NCBI GenBank assembly: GCA_020137815.1
Contig: CM035361.1
Coordinates: forward strand, 4,526,001 to 4,590,000
Direction of reading: 5' to 3'
Length of the DNA: 64,000 nt
DNA from: Hormiphora californensis
Taxonomy: Eukaryota > Animalia > Ctenophora
How positions within the stretch are numbered: position 1 is the first letter of the stretch; every line of letters begins with the position of its first letter. The notes below the pieces were generated by a model. That model ran no database searches, was not told the DNA's origin, and was given only the letters and a program-made list of their open reading frames with translations. A program made the translations under genes and the position numbers. Shown piece after piece: positions 26,601 through 44,759 of this stretch.

Positions 26601-29600
26601 ACAACTAACCAGTGTACTACTGTACTTTTACAAGTAAACAACCGATCAGAACTCGTTATTTAGGTCACGTGACTGGTTATCAGCCGACAGCCAATCAGGG
26701 ACCAGTATTTTCTGATTCGATCGGTTCCTGCAGAAAGACTAACCAGTGCAGAACTGTTGAATTCCACAGAGTGGGAGGAAGCAATTGAAGGTTTATCAGT
26801 TTCATATCGCGGATCCAGATCAATTATATTGATCCTGTTCGTTGGTTTAAAGTTTGTCACCTGGGGAGGTATGAAATTAGCAGGAACCGACCGAAACAAG
26901 TAAACAACCAATCAGAACTCATTATTTAGGCCACGTGACTGGTTATCAGCCAATCAGGGACCAGTAGGTTCCTGGAAATTAGTAGTAGAGTTCCGTTACG
27001 GCGGAAGAGTGCTCGGTCGCGACAGGTGCCGGAGAGCTAGTTACACAATGGAAAAACTACCGTTTAGTACAGCTGCTATACTAAACGGTAGTTTTTCCAT
27101 TGTGATATGAAATTAACTTGATCTGTGAGGAGATGCTAACAAATGTGCTCAACAGCTGTAGGAACTGACCGAAACAAGTAAACAACCAATCATAACTCGT
27201 TATTTACTATTAAGGTCACGTGACTGGTTATCAGCCAATCAGGGACCAGTATTTCCTGATTCGGTCGGTTCCTGCTCAACAGTTTTATTTGGAGCTTGAA
27301 CTAATGTGAAACATCTCGTCCAGAGAGATGATAATATCATGTACCAATCAACCAACCATATCATGTTGGCGAGGTGTTGCACGTTGTATTGTACATGTTA
27401 GAACACGATTAATTTGTAACAGACCACCCGTGAGTTTTGTATAATTGGGTAGCAGCAGAAACGAACTAAGTTAGCAGCCAACTCTGTCAAAGCGACCAAC
27501 CAAAAGTCAAGTTACGGTCCCAAATAATCGACCCCAAACAATAATTACCACCCCCAAAAAACACAAATGAAAAACCCTAAATTACAGGGCCCCAAAAGTA
27601 CACCTAAATGATAAATCCCAAATTACGGGAACCAAATAATAGAGACTCCAACTGACCTTAGAAAATTGTTTTTCTTTAAAATCTGATTTCTTCACCGAAA
27701 CTTTCTCCCCGGTGTGCGATCCGAAGGAAATGTTGGACTTTAATGTCACCTGATGTGAAATAGGGTTAGCAACTCAAACTTAGCGTAAAACTCCACTGTG
27801 AAATATTCTCAATTAAATCACTATAGCTGTCCAATGACTCAATAAGAATGGAGAAGTATGGGCAGGAACCAACCGAAACAAGTAAACAACCAATCAGAAC
27901 TCGTTATTTAGGTCACGTGACTGGTTATCAGCCAATCAGGGACCAGTATTTCCTGATTCGGTCGGTTCCTGTTTACGGGTCTTACGGTGGTGCTCCGTCA
28001 TATTGGCCGCCCGTATGAAGCGTTGCCTACGACGTCTAAGACCTTTCTTTTTATGTTATTTTATCACTGCTGACCTGTTTAGCTTGTTGTGGCGAGACCC
28101 TCTCAGTTGTCCTTGCTTGGTAATCACTGGCCTTCGTAGTCGACCAATTATCATCACCACTATCGTATAGTTCGCCTGTGTGAAGATGGTGTTGTGATGT
28201 TACTGTGGATACTTGGTAAGTGGTAACTACTCCGGGGTAGTGTTACTGATTTAGTGAAGTTTGGTGTACTAGTATGATGTTACTGAATTAGTAATAGTGC
28301 CGTGTTTACTTGGTATTTGGTCACTGAGTTAGTATAGTGCAATGGGGACTATAAGAGGCGGCGATGTCATTGTCATGTTACTGAATTAGCGAAGTTTGGT
28401 GTGCATACTGGTGTGATGTTACTGATTTAGTTACTGATTTAGTTTGGGAACAACTTAGTTACTGCGTTAGTATAGCTATAGTAGCTGGGGCAGTGACTTA
28501 CTTTCCCACAGAAAGTAGTCTAGTGAAAACATGTTTTGACCCCCGAAATTTTTGATGCATTTATAATTCCTTCACCAAAATGTCCTCAAAGGCCTTCTGG
28601 GTGAGATCCCAAAAGTCTACCAACCAACTCCTGGGGGAAGTACCCTTAATTGGCCCTAATTGGCTTGATGGTATAACTCGCCAATTTTGCTAACTCAGCT
28701 CTGGAGCGTCGTAGAGACCTTTCATTGGTCGCAATCGATCCGGAATATATGATTTTATATTAGTGCTATGAAGGTCCGAAGTCGCTATCTCTAACCGTTT
28801 AGCCGCTAATTGGATTTAACTGATTGATTGGACTTAATTGGGACCCTCGTATCTCAGCTCAGGGACATCGTAGAGACTTTTCATTGGTCGGAAACTGACC
28901 GGAATGTGCAAGTTTATATTAGTGCTATGAAGGTCCAAAGTCGCTATCTCCAACCGTTTAGCCGGAAATCGAACTTCTTTAAAACCGTTTTGCGCATGGT
29001 TATTGGGTTTGTAAGATTTTCTGTTTCTCAGCTCAGGAGCGTCGTAGAGACTTGATTCCGGTTGCAAACGAACCGGAATACCCAAGTTTATATTGACGCT
29101 ATGAAGGTCCGAAGTCGCTATCTCCAACCAATTAGCCGTAAATTGGACTTAATTGACCTTAATTGGGCGAAATAGCCAAATAGACCGCAAATTAGTGGCA
29201 AAATGTCTAACAAGCTAATTCCTTCACTAAGTGACCCTAATGGGTCCCCCGAATCACCAAAAAAAATCATGGCCGATCGGAGTTGCAGAAGACCCTTATT
29301 TCCGGGTGGGCGCGGCACCAGTATTTTCAGGCAGGTGCCAAAAACGTAACTTTCCTTTGGGAAGGAGTAGAGGCAAATCTAAGGACATTAAAATGTGTAG
29401 CGTCCTCGCATTAGTGGGGGTAGACGCCCATAAAAAGTTCCTATCTCATTTTGTTAATTGGTTAATTAGATAATTAGTTGTGCGCATAGCCATATTTCCG
29501 ATATTATACGGTTTAAATGGCTCAGTCATGAATAAGGACCTGTTTTTGACCGCTGAACACGATTATTCAAGCAATATAATGGAACTCAGAGGTGTGAAAA

Positions 29601-32600
29601 GTGTCTTAATTAGGCAAACTTGGATATATGAGGCATAAACTCTGGCCACTGGCGCGTTATTTCAGATAACTTTCTCCCAGCGCGCCGCTGGGAGAAGTTA
29701 GCTGGAGTTTATCCGCCGCTGGCGGATAAACTGGTTTAAATCACGACGACGATCCCGAGGCGGAGCCGAGGGAGAGGCGGAGGGGTTTAAACCTATAACG
29801 TGCCAGTGGTCAGAGTTTATGGGTTATATACCCTGCTTTAGTTGTTTATTTCACGTATTACACACCAACAAGAGAGAGAACACTAATCAAAACACACAAA
29901 GAGAACTGAGAAATAGTTAAAAAGACGTCACAATTGAGTGTACACTGTTTGGTAACAGTTACTAAGCAGTTGCTAAGGAAAGAGAGTGAAAGAAATAGCC
30001 TGATAAGGGGCATGTCACAAATAACACAGAGAAAGAGATAGTGAGACAAAAGGGGAGATAAAGAGAGAGTAATTGACGGAATGTGTCCTTTCTTTCTCTC
30101 CAATGTAGTGTGTAAGTGTTGCACATAGTGTTCCCTCTGTATCTTAGTAAGAACTGATCATTTACACACACTTTGAATGTTACGTAGGAGTTAAAAATAA
30201 ATAACCTGCCAGTGGGAAATAATCTGCCGCTGGACTGGCTGTTTACTGAGAGCGCGCTAGTGGGACTTCTCGCCACTGGCGCATTATTTAAGTTAGCAGG
30301 GTATATAATTGGGTATAATTGGGTACGTTGACCATACATTATCTTACTAGATACACCCTAAAACCCACTTAAATATCTCCTAAAGCTCTCCCAGAACCCG
30401 GTCAGAGCCTCCTTAATACCCCTCAGACATTTCTAGATACCCTCAAAATCCACTAGATAGCCCTCAGAATTAACTAGATACTCCTCCGATCCTTCAGATA
30501 CCCTCAGACGGGCCTCAGACTCTGAGGCTCAGAGGCCACTAGATACCCCCTAGAATCACTAGTATGTGTCAACCACATCGTATTGACGTCACCCAGCGCC
30601 CTCAGAATCCACTAGATGCCACACAGACCGTACTGGATACCCCTCAGACCCTATTAGATACCCTAATATCTCACCTGATACCCCTCTGACCCTCCAATAC
30701 AACATATAGACCATTTTAGATGCCCCTCTACCCTACTAGACGCCCCTCAGACCCTACTATACTAGATGCCCCTAAGACCCTGCTAGAAACTACTAATATA
30801 CGCCATAGACCCTGCTAGATACTCCCAGATCAAACTAGCTATACCTTGGAGTCCAAGAGATATCCTAAGAGATATCTAGAAAGGTCCAAGGCTTGGACCT
30901 TTCTAGATATCTCTTAGGTACTTATAGACGTCCCCAAACACTTTTCGATATCTCTTATGCCCTTCAAGAACCCATCAGGGCATCCTAAATACCCCTCATA
31001 CACTTCTAGAACCCCCTTATTACCAAAACTAGCATGGTCACAGATGTATCTACACGACTCTTGGCTCTAAAGTAACATAATCTGAATGGCATCTAGTTGA
31101 TTATGAGGGGTATCCAATTGGCTCTAAAAGTATCTAGTAGAGTCTTAGTGGAATATATAGCACAGCCTGAGGGGCATCTAGTAGATTCTAAATCCCACTA
31201 AAAAGGCGTCAGACTCTACTAGATACCCATCCGACTCCACTAAATTAATACCCCCAGACACTTCTACTACTAGTTAGGGTCAAAAGGGTTTTTAGAAGGG
31301 TATGAGGAGTATATGCTTAGGCTTTTGCGAGGCCCTCAAGGTTTCTAGATGGGTATGAGAGATTTCTAATAGAGTCTGGAGCGTCTAGAAGTGCCTAAGA
31401 GATATCTAGAAAGGTCTAAGGTGTAGCTAGTTGGATATGTGAGTATCTAGCAGGGTCTAAGCAGCTAAGGCGTATATTGGTAGTATCTGGCATGGTCTAA
31501 GGGGCATCTTTTATGGTCTGAGAGGTAATACGTATCTAGTTAGGGTCTAGTAGAGTCAAAGGGCCATTTAGCACTGCCTGAGGGATTTCAGGTAGAGTCA
31601 GAGAAATAACTAGAATGGTCTAAGAGTTAAATGGGAGGATCAGAGGGGTATCAGGTATCTAGCACGGTCTGATATGTATCAGGTAGCGTCTGAGGGGTAT
31701 CCAGTACGGTCTGAGTGGCATCTAGTGGATTCTGAGGGCGCTGGGTGACGTCAATACGATGTGGTTGACACATACTAGTGATTCTAGGGGGTATCTAGTA
31801 GAGTCTGAGGCCCGTCTGAGGGTATCTAAAGGATCGGAGGAGTATCTAGTTAATTCTGAGGGCTATCTAGTGGATTTTGAGGGTATCTAGAAATGTCTGA
31901 GGGGTATTAAGGAGGCTCTTACCGGGTTCTGGGAGAGCTTTAGGAGATATTTAAGTGGGTTTTAGGGTGTATCTAGTAAGATAATGTATGGTCAACGTAC
32001 CCAATTATACCCAATTATATCCAAGTTTGCCTAATTAAGACACTTTTCACACCTCTGAGTTCCATTATATTGCTTGAATAATCGTGTTCAGCGGTCAAAA
32101 ACAGGTCCTTATTCATGACTGAGCCATTTAAACCGTATAATATCGGAAATATGGCTATGCGCACAACTAATTATCTAATTAACCAATTAACAAAATGAGA
32201 TAGGAACTTTTTATGGGCGTCTACCCCCACTAATGCGAGGACGCTACACATTTTAATGTCCTTAGATTTGTCTCTACTCCTTCCCAAAGGAAAGTTACGT
32301 TTTTGGCACCTGCCTGAAAATACTGGTGCCGCGCCCACCCGGAAATAAGGGTCTTCTGCAACTCCGATCGGCCATGATTTTTTTTGGTGATTCGGGGGAC
32401 CCATTAGGGTCACTTAGTGAAGGAATTAGCTTGTTAGACATTTTGCCACTAATTTGCGGTCTATTTGGCTATTTCGCCCAATTAAGGTCAATTAAGTCCA
32501 ATTTACGGCTAATTGGTTGGAGATAGCGACTTCGGACCTTCATAGCGTCAATATAAACTTGGGTATTCCGGTTCGTTTGCAACCGGAATCAAGTCTCTAC

Positions 32601-33339
32601 GACGCTCCTGAGCTGAGAAACAGAAAATCTTACAAACCCAATAACCATGCGCAAAACGGTTTTAAAGAAGTTCGATTTCCGGCTAAACGGTTGGAGATAG
32701 CGACTTTGGACCTTCATAGCACTAATATAAACTTGCACATTCCGGTCAGTTTCCGACCAATGAAAAGTCTCTACGATGTCCCTGAGCTGAGATACGAGGG
32801 TCCCAATTAAGTCCAATCAATCAGTTAAATCCAATTAGCGGCTAAACGGTTAGAGATAGCGACTTCGGACCTTCATAGCACTAATATAAAATCATATATT
32901 CCGGATCGATTGCGACCAATGAAAGGTCTCTACGACGCTCCAGAGCTGAGTTAGCAAAATTGGCGAGTTATACCATCAAGCCAATTAGGGCCAATTAAGG
33001 GTACTTCCCCCAGGAGTTGGTTGGTAGACTTTTGGGATCTCACCCAGAAGGCCTTTGAGGACATTTTGGTGAAGGAATTATAAATGCATCAAAAATTTCG
33101 GGGGTCGACCCCTTTTTTTACACGTTTTCACTAGACTAAAAGGGGGACTCTTAGCTGTTACTACTGCAGCAGTAAATACTAAATCATTCATTGTTACATG
33201 ATACACACTAATTGTGTAATTTTTTAATTGGTCTGCACTAACCTGGCCGGAGAACATTGTCCGCAGTCAGGAGTCCTTTAATTAAATCACGTTCCTTGTT
33301 CCGACCATAGAGTTGTCGGACCTGTTCTGTTGTCGCCAT
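17696..33339 (-). CDS. Multi-exon (about 20 exons) protein with two EF-hand modules and SAXO5/TEX45-like repeats; putative ciliary microtubule-binding protein
   Basis: Start MATTEQVRQ at 33339. EF loops FDKKRTGFVS, FDTNQDGKID, FDKNNTGKIT, LDKNGDGSIDYNEF. Duplicated NPRDP..N...AF module. Repeats STTKASDY, THFSLGSD, TTVMKSDY, TTTQTDF. Stop at 17696. Not every internal junction was phase-checked. Confidence 0.75.
18949..19570. mobile_element. TIR element with a nested ~80-bp MITE (18968-19046; family also at about 5740-5825 and 22352-22497)
   Basis: agatttatagacttcgctgc...cagaaaatcacaaacaattgg / ccaattgtttgtgattttctg..gcagcgaagtctttaaatct. Confidence 0.6.
20496..21894. mobile_element. Kolobok-type foldback element in an EF-hand gene intron
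   Basis: TTAA|GGGTACGC...GCGTACCC|TTAA; ~600-bp arms homologous to 13272-14573. Confidence 0.85.
22666..22774 (+). mobile_element. hAT-type MITE
   Basis: CAG..CTG TIR, 8-bp TSD AAATACAA. Confidence 0.9.
23780..23934. repeat. (AAAC)n microsatellite
   Basis: Direct inspection. Confidence 0.9.
25799..26040. repeat. 37-bp minisatellite, 6 full copies plus one partial
   Basis: Units of gcttgcccaaaacgtgctacaagagagtcaactcagt. Confidence 0.95.
26132..26234 (+). mobile_element. hAT-type MITE
   Basis: 8-bp TSD CATAATAT. Confidence 0.9.
26881..26974 (+). mobile_element. hAT-type MITE; further copies at about 26632-26730, 27159-27274 and 27863-27971
   Basis: 8-bp TSD GAAATTAG. Confidence 0.9.
27044..27104. 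repeat. 61-bp palindrome with CAC...GTG ends (minimal MITE-like)
   Basis: cacaatggaaaaactaccgtttagta / tactaaacggtagtttttccattgtg. Confidence 0.75.
28516..33138. mobile_element. Academ-type giant foldback element (4.6 kb) filling the first coding intron of the EF-hand gene
   Basis: TAGTCTAGTG...CACTAGACTA termini; 4-bp TSD AAAG; arms 28516-29628 vs about 32018-33138 and 30308-30660 vs about 31690-32017; no transposase ORF. Confidence 0.8.
29629..30307. mobile_element. Hairpin-rich insertion in the left arm of the Academ-type element
   Basis: Absent from the right arm (empty site tggatataattggg); TA/TATA at both junctions; internal inverted repeats. Confidence 0.7.
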
Positions 33340-34300
33340 TTGGGGTTCCTAATACAAACATAATGGTTGTTAGTTAGTGTCTGACGGTGTATAAGGTCCA
33401 AATGAGGCACGGAGTTTATCTGAATCAGCTTTTCAAGATGAATCCAACGCAACCCGAATTAGATTTCTATCTTATCGGGAAGGTGTGGTTCACTTTTTTT
33501 CAATTTTAGCCTAACTAACAATGTTAGTTATCTTGTTGAAACCCACGGGGGGAGAGGGTCGGACAAGGCAAGTTGTTAGGGTCTTCAATAGGAACGTGAG
33601 ATAATGAAAGTTCTGTTTCTTCAGCGATAATAATTTGTCATGCGATGAAGACGCCAGACGGCCTCTGGAATCCGTCCCCTACACCACGCCACTGCTAGTG
33701 GGGCCTGGGGGGTTTACCCCCACATCCTATGACCGAGGCTACCACCCCGGTCCCGGACACCCAGCGCTGGGCCCAGCCTCTCCCTCTGCCCGGCTCTGGA
33801 TCGGGGGGAATCCGTTTCAACACAGAATTAGATTGTCAAATGTTTTACAGGTGCTAAATATAACCCTTGGAGCCTGTTTTGAATAAGATGGTGAAATTAT
33901 GATAGCTACAAAACTGTTGAAACAAGACGGAAGAAAAAAAAGGGTTTTTCGATTTTAAAATTTAAAAACAAAAAAAAACTTGAGTTTTGTGAAATTCAAC
34001 TGAGCGATATTTTACAGAGCATTCTGCGCTGCCAACTGACATTTTAACGTAACGCGCGAAATAAACAAGCATAACCGCGGCCGCGGCGCTAATTTTATCT
34101 CAGATCGCGCTCGTTTCACGCCAGAGATCGCGTTGGATGACAACGTCTGCGATAAAACCCCCTGATTTAAGCCAATCAGACCTGCTTTTGGTACGTGTGA
34201 TCGCATTCATATCCAATCACTAACCCCCATTTGTACCACGTGACCTTTTACCGTGAGAGAGTTGCGCAAGTGTGTGTGTCCCTCTGCGTCCACCTGAAGT
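33340..34300. promoter_or_regulatory. Probable divergent promoter region between the EF-hand gene and eIF5
   Basis: Head-to-head genes; CpG-rich stretch at 34050-34135; CCAAT at about 34172 and 34213. Confidence 0.45.
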
Positions 34301-34814
34301 TAACTCCGCTCCTCTTTTGTAGCTATATCAATCACACTCTCTCGCTCTCCGAGATCCACTTCCCTCTTTTTGTGTTTGTGCCTTTGAGACACGACCAGTA
34401 GCTGAATCGTTATATGATAGTCCAGTCTCAAAAAAATAACACTTCCAGACGGCTTAAGGTAACCAGTTACATCAAGTAACATATCACAATTAATTCCTAC
34501 TTGATCTAAAAAACTTATCTATTTCAGTTTTACAATTTGTTTGTTGCTTTGTTCTAACTTCGTTTTTCTCCCTCTGTCAGGCATCCCGGCACAAATCCTT
34601 CAATTTGAGCCTTTTTATGACTTTTGAGTTAGCCAATACGTCAGACATCGACCGGAACGACCGTTATATGATTGTAAGTATAACACATTACTACTGTGAA
34701 TATAATCGCCCCGTCCAATTCATGATAATTGTTCAAATTTTAACAAATCCTTCATAACCCTCTCTCTCTCCCCCAGAGTACCTGTGTGGAAAATAGTAGT
34801 GAAGAAACGTTATC

Positions 34815-42175
<7,361 letters not shown>

Positions 42176-42521
42176 ACATCTCATTGAGAGAGAGGACCCC
42201 TCCCAGAGCCATTAATTTTGTGGACTATTTTTGGGACTTTCCCCCGTATTATTACCCCCTAAATGTTATTTTCCTAATGTATATGAATGTTCTTTTTGCT
42301 GAAGAAATATTATCATGTTGAGCATTGTGTTACCCCCCGTTACCCCTTCTCATCTCCTGGAGATGTTCCCAATCCCACCCCTTTTTTTCGTCAGCTTTGA
42401 AAGAGTGACACAGGACGTCGCTAACCCGTGAAAATAACCGTCCAGCTCTCTAAAAACGTTTTAAAAGTATAATCTTCTTTTGTTATACAAATTCTTGTGT
42501 TTTTGATTCGAATGTCTGGTG

Positions 42522-44427
42522 CACGGCGTGCCCCAAGGTAGTTTAACATTTGTTTGAGTGCACACCTCCAATTCCGGTTGTAACTGATCGGGAAGAACTC
42601 TCTGAAGGTCGTGGCGGTGCGGGAAAAATAGGGTAGACCTGCTGCGGCTTCAGAAAATTGAGAAAAAGATAGCTATCTTTTTTTTCACTTTGAAAATAAG
42701 ACGTTTTTTATTAAAAGATCCTTGATCAGTGAGATACGGTTGTCCCCCACCTATTTTTTGACGTAGAATCGAATGCCGTTGAAGTCAAATCTCTAAAATA
42801 TCGGCAAAATGCAGAAAATCACGTTTTTAGGTGTTTTTTGGTGAAAAAAGCGTTCAAACTGGTAGTAGATGATGGGATAGAGTCCCAAAAATATTATAAA
42901 TCGAGTTTTTGGGTCTTTTTCTCCCTAGGAACAGAGTTTCATGAAAATCTGGTACAACGCCTATTCTCCGTTTGCTTTCAAAGAAGGTGAATATTGCTCT
43001 AATTTAGCCAATTTTGAAGAAAAGGCGTCCAAAATGATACCAGTTGACAGGATAGAGTCCCAAAAACGTGAAAATCATCAATTTTAGGCATTTTATACCC
43101 TAGAAACAAATGGAAATGGTGGTGGAATGATATTTTTTATCTCGGTAGGCCTCTGAAGTATGTGGAAATAGCCACAATGTAGAGATTGTGGTAAATGAAT
43201 GTGAATAACCGTTTACCAAACCCACTTTAGTGGGCTTCTGGATTATGCAAGAGCCACTCTTCAACTTAGCAGGTGCTAAAGTGGGTTTGGTAAACAGTTA
43301 TTCACATTCATTTACCACAATCTCTACATTGTGGCTATTTCCACATACTTCAGAGGCCTACCGAGATAAAAAATATCATTCCACCACCATTTCCATTTGT
43401 TTCTAGGGTATAAAATGCCTAAAATTGATGATTTTCACGTTTTTGGGACTCTATCCTGTCAACTGGTATCATTTTGGACGCCTTTTCTTCAAAATTGGCT
43501 AAATTAGAGCAATATTCACCTTCTTTGAAAGCAAACGGAGAATAGGCGTTGTACCAGATTTTCATGAAACTCTGTTCCTAGGGCGAAAAAGACCCAAAAA
43601 AATCGATTTATGATATTTTTGGGCTCTATCCCATCATCTACTACCAGTTTGAACGCTTTTTCACCAAAAAACACCTAAAACGTGATTTTCTCCATTTTGC
43701 CAACATTTTAGAGATTTGACTTCAACGGCATTCGATTCTACGTCAAAAAATAGGTGGGGGACAACCGTATCTCACTGATCAAGGATCTTTTAATAAAAAA
43801 CGTCTTATTTTCAAAGTGAAAAAAAAGATAGCTATCTTTTTCTCAATTTTCTGAAGCCGCAGCAGGTCTACCCTATTTTTCCCGCACCGCCACGACCTTC
43901 AGGGGGGGGGGGGGGGCCGGCTGAAGTTTTCCACCCTACTTTTTGAGTTTTTGAAGTTTTTGAAGTTGACTTCAAAAACTTCAAAAACTTCAAAAACTCT
44001 AAAATACTTTTATATGCTATCAATGACTATTATTACGGTAAGCGGTAAATACTCACTCGGTTCTTCACATTTTTTGGACGTTTTTGGCCATAACTCAGCC
44101 ATTTCTTGACCAATTTGCTATGGCGAAAACGCGCATTTTGCGCCATAGCGCCGCGCATTTTGCGCCGATTTCCATTTTCTAGTGCTCATTTTAAAGGTCT
44201 TAATGTCCTCTTTCCAATGAGCCCAAGATTTTGCAAATTGGTCAAGAAATGACTGAGTTATGATCAAAAACGTCCAAAAAATGTGAAGAACCGAGTGAGT
44301 ATTTACCGCTTACCCCCCCCCCCCCCCCCCCCCCCCCCGACCTTCAGGGAGGTCTTCCCGACCAGTTACAACCGGAATTGGAGGTGTGCACTCAAACAAA
44401 TGTTAAACTACCTTCGGGCACGCCGTG
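42522..44427. mobile_element. Chapaev-type (CMC) foldback element (~710-bp arms)
   Basis: CACGGCGTGCCC...GGGCACGCCGTG termini; 4-bp TSD GGTG; symmetry centre at about 43230-43278. Confidence 0.8.
43902..44337. mobile_element. Nested insertion with poly-G / poly-C ends and a 9-bp TSD (MULE- or Merlin-like), itself containing a MITE at about 44037-44314
   Basis: CGACCTTCA duplicated at 43893-43901 and 44338-44346, single in the opposite arm. Confidence 0.7.
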
Positions 44428-44759
44428 GGTGCTGGAATCACGAAAAATCGTCGAAAGAACTGGTCACAGTGACGTCATAATTGGTACGCGCAAAATATGA
44501 GCCGCGCGTTTAGAAATAGAATATGCGCGCGTGAAAATTTCGAGTTCATATTTTACGACAACTTCCAAATTTCGTTTTTTAGACGCACATTTTTATTTCG
44601 GAGTTTAAAACTTTCGATTTTCTACGTGTTATCGCCCGTATGTGGTCGTTAATCTCTTTAAAGATTCTCTACGGAGTCTCGGTTCTCTGATATAGTGCTT
44701 TTGAGCTCCTTCTCCAAATTAAATTCATATTAAAAGTTAAAACGCCCTCACCCTCTAGC

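Noticed and set aside
27044-27104. RAG/Transib RSS-like signal (CACAATG)
   Set aside because: No properly spaced nonamer and no 5-bp TSD
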